Assembly (NCBI GenBank): GCA_900617105.1
Contig: UYFQ01000174.1
Span: 1-41,140 of the forward strand
Reading direction: 5' to 3'
Length of the DNA stretch: 41,140 nucleotides
From: Hydrurus foetidus
Taxonomy: Eukaryota
The notes under the pieces were generated by a model. That model did no database searches. It saw only the letters and a list, made by a program, of their open reading frames with translations, and had not been told where the DNA came from. The position numbers and the translations under genes are program-made. Positions 21,850 through 31,748 of this stretch are shown here, piece by piece (the first letter of the stretch is position 1; each line of letters opens with the position of its first letter).

Positions 21850-24800
21850 TTACTTTTGTCCCATTATTTTCTTGAACATTTTGTCGAAAATCGCACCTTG
21901 CAACGGTTTTGTAAAGTAGTCGGAAGTCATTTCCGCCGTGGGAACATAGACAATGTCCACTGCACCGTTCTTGATATAGTCCGAGATCCAGAATTTCCGG
22001 ATCTCGATGAACCTGGTGGTCTCTGCGGTAGACCGACCTTTCGTGAGTAGTGTGATACAGGATTGGTTATCCTGCTCCAATCGCACTGGTTGTGGATCGT
22101 ATCCTTGAAGGCGGATGAAGTCTGCGAGCCATAATGGGATGTTCATCCCGTCGGACACCGCGATGATCTCAGCCTCCGTGCTCGACTTGGAATTCAGCTT
22201 CTGGACCTTGGAACTCGTGATGAAAAATCCCACCCCTAATGTGACGCACATTCCTGAGGTTGATTTCATGTTGTCGCGATTCGCAAATGCAGCATCAATT
22301 GATACCGTGACTCTTGGTGGGAGGTCAGCTTTGAGTCGTAGGGGTACGTCACGTACGTACTTCGCATAGCTGATGACCCTGTCGAGCTTCTTGTCATCCT
22401 CGTAGGATGGTGCTTTCACTCGTTTTGAGAGTTCGCCCACCACTGTTGTGAGGCTCGGATGTGCACGCGAGCATGTCCATGCAATGGTTGCGGTGTCGGT
22501 GTGATATATTTCTGCATCCTTGGCACTCAACAGCTCACTGTCAGGGGTTCGATCAAACAGGTGAGGAGCACCTGGTGAGTGCGGAATTCCAGCGGGTTTG
22601 GTTCCGCGGTCTTTGTGAGTCTTCTCTCTTGCAGCGACAATGTCTTGGATCATCCCTGCTTGTGAAACTTTCACGTATCCTGTTTCACTGTAGTCCCAGG
22701 TCAGGCCTAGGTACGATACGATAGGCCCCTGTGTTGTCCTGAATTGGCCGTAAACTTTTAGTGTGGGTAGGAACTTCTCCGTGACGTTCATGATCGAACG
22801 CAGGATCTTGTTTCGCTGTGGTTGTGTCAGTTGTGACATGTGCACCCCTGAGAATGTGTCCTTTGCGAGGAGCGATTTGACCTCTGACTCGATGGCGAAT
22901 GCAGTCTTTTCCGGGAAGAGCTTCAGTCCCCGAGTAACTGACATCATGGACCAAACGTGCGGATTGTCGATTTCTTGTGCTTGAGTTGATACTTCTTCCG
23001 CTGTTAAGTTAAGTCGGTCGATTGGTTTCTTCAGTCTGGATGACTTTTCCCTTGGTTCTATGGGTCGAGGTGTGTACTTACGTACGTTCACCGGTGCACT
23101 ATCAAAAGCGTTCTCCTCCGGAATCTCTTCAACGGGCTCCGTTGGTTCCGATATTTCGCCAGAAGTTTCATGTAGGTTTTCTGTGTCTGGAACCGTATCA
23201 GTCTCACCCCGAATCTCCATTGGCGATTGTGTCGGTGGGGATTCAAAACCGATTGGTGCGGTGGGAATTGACGGCGGAAATGGGTCCTGAATGGGTCCGC
23301 GGTCTCCGATTGGTGCCGCTGTCGGTGGTGCTGCACGAGTAATGTTTCCGACGGCATCATTGTCGACATCATTTGTGATGTCTCGGTCGTGGAATGTGAA
23401 GATCGGGTCGATCGAGGTATGCAGCTTGTTCTTTGCCGCCCACCCATTCACGGTAGTGATAACGATGGGTGGGATCGGCAGTACCACATAGTGGTTCGCA
23501 TTGATGGTCGCCCGATTGTCCAACCGAAGGAATGCATGTGTTCCTGTGCCATTCATCTTCGGCTCCAGGTAAAGGCATCCAATCGTGCGCTGGTCCATGC
23601 CATTCGACATGGTGCGGTTGGTGACCTGACAGTAGGTGCCGAAAGGTGGACCGATGTCCATCTTTGTATCAGCCTTTCTCCCGAAGAAGGCCTCAAAGGG
23701 AGATATTTTGTCCGTTCGTGTGGACGAAGGGAACAACAGTAGTTTCTTGGAGCAGCTCAGCACCAAGTGATTCATCATCGCGTCAGCGACTAGGTAGGGT
23801 AGGCTGTGTATGGTGGCCCGAATGGTCTCCTTCAGGTGGCGGATCATCCGCTCCACGATGTGATCATGCTGACCTGGTCCGACGAGAGAGACGGCCACGC
23901 CCATTGCATTCATGTCTCCTGCAAGCGCCGCGATCCCTCGTTCATTGTCGCTGGTGAAGCGGGTGATCTTGATACTGCGGGATCCGATGGTGCCGAACAT
24001 CCTCCTGATGCTTTGTCTCAGGATTGGCGCTGTGAGATTCTCCACGCAAGCAACGAGGACAATGCCAAGAGGATGTGTGATGGAAACCAGGAATGGTTGC
24101 TTATTGACAAACATGACATCACAATGCATGTGTTGCTCATCAGAATCACGGTGACTTTTAAAATCACGGTGACTTTTAAAATCACGGTGACTTTGCAATG
24201 CTGGGAATGGTCGGGCTCGAACTGTTCGCCCTTTCAGAGCAGCGATGTTGGCACCCCAGATCGCAGTTGCTCGATTAACATCTTCAGGAAGGATGTCGCA
24301 GTTGAGGAATGCTCCGGCGTTCAAAGCAGAGATCATCTTGGCGTCGGGTGGGAATCCAAGGCTTGCTTGTAGCCGTCGGGCATCGAAGCTTCGAGCAACC
24401 TCGCGCTTGGAGTACGCTGCCTCATTTGCCGTTGTTGTTGGCAAAGGAGCTGAGAAAAAAGGTCCTCCTGCCTTATTGAGAGCGATGGCGGGGTTGGCTG
24501 ACTCTAATCTCGACTTGTTGGAGCTCTCATGTCGAGGCTCTGGTCGTGATGCAAGATCGCAAACATAGAGTCCACCTCGATGTTGAAAGCGATAGGTTTG
24601 CTTTGCTGTGTGCACCAGGAAAGCATCTTGATCAACATGTCCTCCACGTTGGAACTCCCAGTTGTGTCCTTGCAAAAGGATATCCGAAGCTGAAATGATG
24701 GAGAGCGCCGCCCGATCATCGAAGTGAACGATGCCGATATCACCAAGTCTGCCGACTTTTGTCACTGTCAAGGATCCATGCAAGCCCTTAAACACAGTTG

Positions 24801-26206
24801 GCCGACACGTCCAAATCTCTGAGAGAACATCAGCGCTTGTGATGATTGTGCCGGTGGCACCGGTGTCGAAAATCGCTTCGGTCGATGATGGTTGGATTGA
24901 AGTTCGGGTGGCCTGTAGACTGATTCCGTCACCGTCGTCGGGTGGAGATCCTTTCAACGCGACATTGCATCTTCGATCATCATCTTCCATTTCTTCATCC
25001 TCTTCATCATGCATGTTGCCAAATGATGTGTAATATGAGGAGTGACTGCTCGCCTTGTTTGCCGGCTCTGGATTTTTCTCAAATCGCACCTTTTTCGGCT
25101 CGTCTTTCGCCTTGCTCCGGCACTCAGATTTTCGGTGGCCAAACTTGCCACAGTTGAAACACTCGCCTTCGAACTTTGTTTTTGGCTTGTCTTTGTCAGA
25201 TTCAGCCTTGGTGTCTTTGCCGGAAGGTTTGTCTTTGTGACCCTTGCCCTTCCCCAACTGCTTGCCACCCTTTTTTCCTCGATCTTCAGTCTGCTGCTGA
25301 GCTCCGAATGCTGAATGTGGCGTTGTCGGAGGGAGGGTTGCATTGATATTCTCAATGAATGAAGTCTCAAATCTTGTTGCTCGTAGGATTGCGTCCACGA
25401 GTGTCGCTGGATATATGTCTCGATCCGTTTGCTGTTTGGCATTAATCAGGTACATCTTGTAGCCGTGGTATGCCGGAACTGATCCATCGAGTCCATCAAT
25501 GAAGCGCATTGATTGCTGCTTTGGCTTTGGCTGTTCTTCCACTGGTATTCCAGTCGTGGTGAGTCTTTCAAATGTTTTGATAGCACGCCTGCCATAACTT
25601 AGAATCACCTCGCCATGTTCCATTCTCAGTCCAAACCACTCGCTAAGGGCTTTCTGACGGTCGAGTTCTTCATTTCCATCTGGTCGAGCCGTGACGAGGC
25701 GCTTGATTACACGAAGCAACTCGAGTGGGTCGTCTTCTTCGCAGGCTATGAATGCAGCGTCGACAGCGAGTAGCGAGTTGAGCTGTGCTGAACACATCTC
25801 TCGAATGACTGTGTAGCAGTTCTCCTTGTCGATCCTCTGTTGGGTCAGTAACTTGAGGTACTGGTTGTTCCTGCCGCTGAGTAGTCCCATAAAGATCTTG
25901 TTTTTATCTCCAGTTGGGTCGTTCTCTTCTGATCGCCTCCAGTTCTGCCTCAGAGGCCATCGGTGGTAGGTGCTTCCGGTATGCCGGTGCAACAGTCACT
26001 TTCATCGGATCCTGACAGATTGACTGTAGATCCTGATAGTTATCTCTGCAGTACGCCTTCAGCTTAGCTATGATTGAATCCCACTGCTTGTGGCAATCAT
26101 GGCTGATCTCAACCAATCCTGCGGGTATGGTCCTCTTTTCAAGGGATCCATTTGCACCCTCATCTTTCCTCGGTGGCACACCACCTTTGGAACCTTTTTG
26201 ACTCAT
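21850..26206 (-). pseudogene. Copia gag-pol polyprotein with an N-terminal frameshift (~25930) and an in-frame deletion of the RT core
   Basis: Motifs: CFNCGKFGHRKSEC knuckle; FDTGAT protease; HCDVMF / TSDNE / VERMIR integrase; SIDAAF, STEAE, EQDNQ and SDYFTKPL RNase H. No KARL, YGL or YVDD RT motifs. The ATG at 26206 is in a different frame from the 1380-aa ORF. Confidence 0.9.
24144..24194. repeat. 18-bp tandem repeat x3 (AATCACGGTGACTTTTAA; encodes SHRDFK)
   Basis: Direct reading; the same motif recurs at 21811-21828. Confidence 0.9.
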
Positions 26207-26223
26207 GATAAAGTCTTTAAAGG

Positions 26224-26233
26224 CTTCTTATTA
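26224..26233 (-). other. Non-tRNA primer-binding position TAATAAGAAG, complementary to LTR 26395-26404
   Basis: Directly abuts the 5' LTR; no TGG start; exact 10-nt complement within the LTR. Confidence 0.65.
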
Positions 26234-26636
26234 TCTTGGTAAAACCGTTCCTTTAGGGATAACTGATCCCGGTACTGAACTGGTAGGTTGCTAGTGATTC
26301 GTTGAGAATACACCTTGTGAAATGCAAGCCTAGCCAGAGCAGCAGAAAAGTCAACTAGTGTAGGTATAATGACGTGATGTCATATAGTCTCTTTTAATAA
26401 GAAGTGGTTAGCATGTCAAAACATCCACTTCATCAGCTGTATACTAACTGCTAGTATGCTACTTGGTGTGATTCATCACTCCAACATTTCATTCCTGATG
26501 TGACCGCGGGTTGGTGTATAGTATCAACCGGTCTACAAGGAATCATAAAACGTATGCCTAAGCTACAACTATCCGGACTGGATATCGCTCATGATATTAT
26601 CCCCAAAGGGATTCCTAGTCTACGCATATCCCAACA
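26234..26636 (-). repeat. 5' LTR of the copia element (TG...GA termini)
   Basis: Boundaries fixed by the TSD and by LTR-LTR identity. Confidence 0.95.
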
Positions 26637-26929
26637 TCTGATGTTTTTTTTGAAAATAATCTGGAAATCTGATCCCTCTTTCCTCTCGAGGGTCGAGGGT
26701 CGAGATTTGAGAGAGATCGAAATCAAATCCGCTACCCGCGATGCTACGACCTTCCGTAATGTGATAACTTTGGGGGATGGGTGACACTAAAACAGTATTG
26801 GGGAATCGCGTGGACGCGGTTATCACGCTTGGGTGAACCATAAGGCCGTATCTTCCATGCATTGAATGCGGCACGAATTTTCTGTCTGCAGTACACAGTG
26901 GACGTAGAGATTAAGAGCACTAGAATTGA

Positions 26930-28423
26930 ATGTCGAGATCAGTGAGGGTTGCTCATCAGCAGATGGAGAATAATGTAAAGAATCAGCGTAGAATGGACGA
27001 CCAGAGACGTGAAGTATTATCCTACATCGAGGATAATGCGAAGATGACGTCTGTCGCTCGAATGCAGTCAAATGCCGATGTCCGCTCCCGCCAGTCAAAT
27101 TTGCGTTCATGTGAAAGTGAGAAGCAGTACATAAAACTTTTGGAGGATGAAAGAAGTTGCAGGAGATTGAATGAGCGAACGAATTATCAGAATGAGGCAA
27201 TTGCTACAGAACTGAGTCGCATGACGATCGATAACGAGAGACGCAGTAAAGAGATGCAGAAGATATGTGAAGAATCTGATGAGCTGAGATTCCTCGAACG
27301 CACCTTGAAATCGGCATACCTCAACAAAGATAGGGCAGCGCAGTTGGAATACAGGATGCAACTGACTGCGATAGAGCAGTCGAAGATGCATGAAATAGAG
27401 GATCGGATGGAGTTCGACAGACAGCTTGCACTTGCGGGCGAAGCGAATCAGAATGGTGTCCGAAGGGAGAAATTTCTGGAGCTGCGCATCTGCCTTCAAG
27501 ATCAAATGCGGGAAAAGGAGGAGAGAGAAGAAGATCGGAGGAGAGGATTGCTCGCAGAGCGGAATGTTGTTGACGAGATAGTTGACAGAATCAATCAGGA
27601 GGACGAGGATTACTATCGCGGCAGGAAGGAGTCACAGGCGATGAATGCAAACATGATCCTCGAGGCGGAGCAACAGAGAAGACAACAGGTCAGCGCTGCT
27701 AGGGAGGCAGCACAAGCAGAGGATGACAGAATTGCAGCGTACAACAGATCAGTCGCAGCACGTACGGAGGGTCATGCCGCGAGGAGACAGGCTAAACTTG
27801 ACGATGAGGCTCGGACACTGAAAAGAATTTCTGAAATTGTGGCGGTTAAGCAGCGTGAAGAAGAGGAGTTCGAAGAACTCAAATCCATGTTGTACGAAGA
27901 AGAAGCGGAAATTAGAAGGCAACAAGAACAGGACGAGAGGAGGAATCGACAGTTGGTGATGAAGCGTGACATGATAGAAGCTAATGCGAACCTGCTATCA
28001 TCGAGAGCAGAGAGAAGGCAGATCGAGATGGAGAATGAAGCACGCATTGTCAGTGCAATGCGTAAGAAGTTCGCAGAAGATGAAGCGCAAGAGAAAGCAG
28101 AAGAAGAGCGGCGGATTAGGAAGAAATTCGAGCAGTTATCTTATCTCGAAAATCAGAAGATGGAGAAGAAACACCTTAACGATGAAGAGAGAGAAAGAGT
28201 ACTGAAGAGCATTACGGAGGAGAACAGGCGGGAGGAGTACAAGAGACGAGTCATCGCAGAAGCAAGGAGGCGGCTCTTGGACGAGCACGCTGCCAAGCTG
28301 CAGGGGTATCTACCCGGCAAACTGTTCAACGGCACCGAGGAACATGACCGATATCAACCGCACCCATCGAGACAGCCCCATAGGGTTAGGGACAGGGATA
28401 AATATCGTTACAGTGACAGGTAG
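26930..28423 (+). CDS. MNS1: Meiosis-specific nuclear structural protein 1 (TPH-domain axonemal coiled-coil protein)
   Basis: 497-aa E/R-rich coiled coil with ELRFLERTLKSAYLNKDRAAQ and C-terminal RRLLDEHAAKLQGYLPG, both characteristic of MNS1; intronless. Confidence 0.85.
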   Translation: MSRSVRVAHQQMENNVKNQRRMDDQRREVLSYIEDNAKMTSVARMQSNADVRSRQSNLRSCESEKQYIKLLEDERSCRRLNERTNYQNEAIATELSRMTIDNERRSKEMQKICEESDELRFLERTLKSAYLNKDRAAQLEYRMQLTAIEQSKMHEIEDRMEFDRQLALAGEANQNGVRREKFLELRICLQDQMREKEEREEDRRRGLLAERNVVDEIVDRINQEDEDYYRGRKESQAMNANMILEAEQQRRQQVSAAREAAQAEDDRIAAYNRSVAARTEGHAARRQAKLDDEARTLKRISEIVAVKQREEEEFEELKSMLYEEEAEIRRQQEQDERRNRQLVMKRDMIEANANLLSSRAERRQIEMENEARIVSAMRKKFAEDEAQEKAEEERRIRKKFEQLSYLENQKMEKKHLNDEERERVLKSITEENRREEYKRRVIAEARRRLLDEHAAKLQGYLPGKLFNGTEEHDRYQPHPSRQPHRVRDRDKYRYSDR

Positions 28424-28959
28424 TGCAGTAGAGTCAAGACTGTGTGGTCCGATCCGTTCCTTTTTGATCGTATCTGATATTCTGTAGCTCACTGTGACTG
28501 ACGTCACTGCACCGCGCCTCAGAGATGCTTAGAATTCTGCACTTCGTCTTCGTGTTAATGATGCAACTCCACTCTTCACCTCATGTTGTGTTATTGCATT
28601 TTCATTTCTGCGCTTATAAGAATTGACATACTAAGTCTGACTGATCTGATTCAGTTGAGGGAAGCAATCTGTGATGTCCAACAGTATGAGGATAGACAAC
28701 ACCAATAACTGTCACAATTCAAACCAAGAGATGTCCTGACTTGGACAGATAATGTGTGCTGTCCTGCGCTGAGCGTTAGATGCATTTACGTTGTTCCTTA
28801 TCAATCTACGACCAAAGATCATAGATCAGAGCAAAGGCGGAAGAGTACAGGAAGAGAATTTTAGGTTACGGAATCTGGATCGTCATAATCAAGTACAGAG
28901 AGATGGATGGATAGACAGAAAGATGGACGTGTGGTGTGTTGGGTATCTACAGTGTGTCA

Positions 28960-30856
28960 CTACTTCAATGAGGACGCAACTACAGAGACCTTGGACTGAG
29001 ATTCCACCAGAGCTGCTATTTGTCTGAAGGGGTAGAGGGACTTGTGTCCGTCCGACCAGTCAATAGACATCGCGTATCGCCCTATAGGAGCTGTGCTGAG
29101 TGGCGTGATGTTGTCGGGCACTGTCTGGGCGGTGACTAGCGTCCTCCCCGTGAACTCCTCCACACACACAGCGCACCGACAGTCCAAGCGAAGATTCTTC
29201 GCTGCGATCCTCGACACACCCTCGAATATGATTTCGTTGGTGGCTCTGTCTACCGCTAATGGTGCTACTGTACTCACAGCCCTGGAGAGTCTAGCCAGCT
29301 CCTTCACCACTCCTTCAGCCAACTCCGTCATGCTACCCGCTACCTCCGAGTCAGGGTACCTAATGACGTGGGGGATGCCACTGTCTCCGCTAATAGACAC
29401 CTCTTCTAATAGCGGCATCGATACGATGTTCTCAATGCCCCACATGTCTTTCAGCCTCACATTGTGACCGTCTCCGAACAACCTGCGCGGCTTCTTCTGC
29501 CCCTCCACAGCCTCTCTGATTACCCTAGACACCGCCTCCATGGCCTTGGTGGGGTCAGGGTTGAAGGCAGTAGCCACTGCAGCAGCAGTAGCAGCCTTGA
29601 CGCCAAGAGCATCGTAGAAGCTGTCGGGGAAGGAGTACGTGGCGAAATCAGCCATGTTCTCCACCACTGCGATGCAAGGCACGTTCACAGTGTCGAACAG
29701 ATCAATGCCCTTCACGACGTCCACAAAACTTAGTCGCTGCGGTGTGGTGACGATCACCGCTGCTGATATATTGACTATTTGCGCTAGTGTGAGCTGTATG
29801 TCTCCTGTCCCTGGAGGCATGTCGATGATCAGGTAGTCCAGGTCGCCCCAATTGCACAGTGACACAAACTGATTCAATATCTGCAATTACAAAAGATTGG
29901 GGTACTCAGGTCATTTGAAATCTGTTCCCGCAGTAGTTCATATTGCAGTTTCAATGGCTCAACTCACTTGATTGACCATGGGACCACGCATGATGGATGC
30001 TCCCTTGTTGATGAAGCCCATACTCATGAGCTTCACCCCCTCGTACTCCAACGGTCTCAGCTGGTTGTTCGCAAACACTACATCCGTTGATGCCGGCTTC
30101 GTCATCTGATTTTTGTTTAACGATGTAACTACCTCAAAATCTGCGAAATTCGATCATTTCTTCCAGGTATTGATGAGACAGATCGAATTTGAGAGTAACA
30201 CTAACCGTGGGTAAACTAGGTCCGTAGATGTCTGCATCAAGAATTCCTACTCTAGCCCCTGCTCTCTGGAGGGTGAAAGCCAAGTTAACAGCGACTGTAC
30301 TCTTGCCAACACCACCCTTGCAACTCGACACAGCTATCGTGTGTTTGACGTTAGCCATGCCCCCTGTCCTCTGGGATGTGGGGTCTCCGATCACAGTGGG
30401 GCGAGGCGCTTCTGTCTCCTTAATCGCTACTGCTGGTGGATCAGAGACTTCAACGATGTTAATGTTGACTTCTTTCAACCATTTTATCCCTGACAACTCC
30501 GAGATGCATAGTTTTTTTATCTCCTCGTTCAGAGGCGATTTTAGGCTCTGGACAACCAGAGCAAAGTTGATGATGCCATCTGCGCTCAAATTCATATCTG
30601 CTACTTTTCTCGCTGAGACGATATCATTACCGATATCAGGATCGATCACATTGCGGAGTTTGTTGAGGACTACTGTCAGCCTGTCGTCGCCATCAGTTAC
30701 TTCAAGTACAGCCATTCTTGGTACAGTGATGTCTCTACAGTTACTTGTTCGGCATCCGACTTTTGAAATTACGAAGTTAAACGATAATGCAGGACTGAAG
30801 TGGACCGACACGATGATGGCAGCTACGAGTGTAAAAGCTGAAAGTGATATCTTCAT
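28960..30856 (-). CDS. HCF101: Plastid Fe-S cluster assembly factor HCF101 (DUF59 + Mrp/NBP35 ATPase + DUF971), 3 exons
   Basis: Motifs: [55 protein letters not shown]...WSDGH. Signal peptide ends ALS|F. Exons 30856-30206, 30105-29968, 29880-28960. Confidence 0.94.
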
Positions 30857-31150
30857 TTTAATTTCGTTCCACCGATTATAGTTTAAATTTTACTCTCGAT
30901 AGCCAATTTAAACTACCATTTCATTCCAGAAAATAACACCAGGTTGTAGAGAAGTCAGGTGACAATGTCCAATTGGTTGTGTTCCAATCACTTCAAGATC
31001 ACGAATCTTCACCATGACGAGACTGGTTCAATCATGAGGTTGGTGTTCTAAGAGTGACGTTCAGGGTGTCAGCTTGCTCCTTGGGAACCCGAAAAGTACG
31101 ACTCAAATTATCTAGAGCCCGTTCGATGGCTTTCGTCAAATATCTAGCGT

Positions 31151-31338
31151 TGTGGCCTAGAAGGGTCTAGGCTAGGATGGGGAAAGGTCTTGCTTAGGTT
31201 AGGTACGTTAGGAAAACAACTGGCAAACGCTAGGAAACGTCCTATGCATGGCTAGAAGTCTACCTAGAAGTCTACGGAGTTTAGGTGTACCTAGAGACGG
31301 AATCGGGTCCAAGGTCCCTAGGACCCCAGACGGCTACA
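31151..31338 (-). repeat. 3' LTR of E3
   Basis: TGTGGCC...GGCTACA inverted termini next to the PPT; CTAG-rich like the other LTRs. No partner copy is visible, so the left boundary is inferred. Confidence 0.75.
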
Positions 31339-31393
31339 CTACCCCCACTTATTTCAACAAAAATTGAAACAATTTTTCAGAGAAAAAGAAAGA

Positions 31394-31569
31394 GGCTAGC
31401 GCTTGTAGGAAGGGCATCAAGACTAACGCTTCTTAAGGAAGAGTGCAAAAAAATTATTTGATTAAATTTTTTATTTATTATTATCATTATTTTTTTTAAT
31501 CAACTAAACTAACGCTTCTTGTGAAGGGTGCGAAAACTACGTAGACTAGCGCTTCGGAAGGAAGGGCAT
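31394..31569. repeat. Four ~25-nt hairpin-like repeats (CTARCGCTT...GAAGRG(T)GC) in the E3 3' UTR
   Basis: Copies at 31394, 31421, 31507 and 31544, in an A-B-B-A arrangement. Confidence 0.7.
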
Positions 31570-31639
31570 AACTCAAAACAAAGGTTAAACAATGTATGAA
31601 CAAAATGTGAAAGGAGGTAAGTGTGCCGAGTGAACTCCT

Positions 31640-31748
31640 CGTGAATGATTATGTCAGATTCTTACTGACAAACCTCCATAAAAAAAATCTCAATTGAAAT
31701 TGAGGCCAATAAAAAATTTAGGAGTAATCTTCATAGATATCATTCACG
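31640..31748. ncRNA. Conserved structured 3'-UTR element, E3 copy
   Basis: Closing stem CGTGAATGAT/ATCATTCACG (includes the pol stop codon); GTCAG-ATTCTTA-CTGAC; AATCTTCA. Confidence 0.65.

Larger units (their letters stand above)
21268..26636 (-). mobile_element. Ty1/copia LTR retrotransposon; recent insertion, RT-deleted
   Basis: 403-bp LTRs with 1 mismatch seen; 5-bp TSD TCTGA (21263-21267, 26637-26641); domain order gag-PR-IN-RT-RH. Confidence 0.97.

Noticed and set aside
24144..24194. CRISPR-like array (also considered for 31394-31569)
   Set aside because: Short tandem units without regular unique spacers, eukaryotic context, and no cas genes.
21847..25314. Many short plus-strand ORFs over the retroelement, MNS1 and HCF101 coding regions
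   Set aside because: Antisense shadows of real coding frames, with no motifs of their own.
26380..26440. CTGATGA on the sense strand of the copia LTR as a hammerhead ribozyme core
   Set aside because: No GAAA follows the adjacent stem, and there is no stem I/III arrangement.
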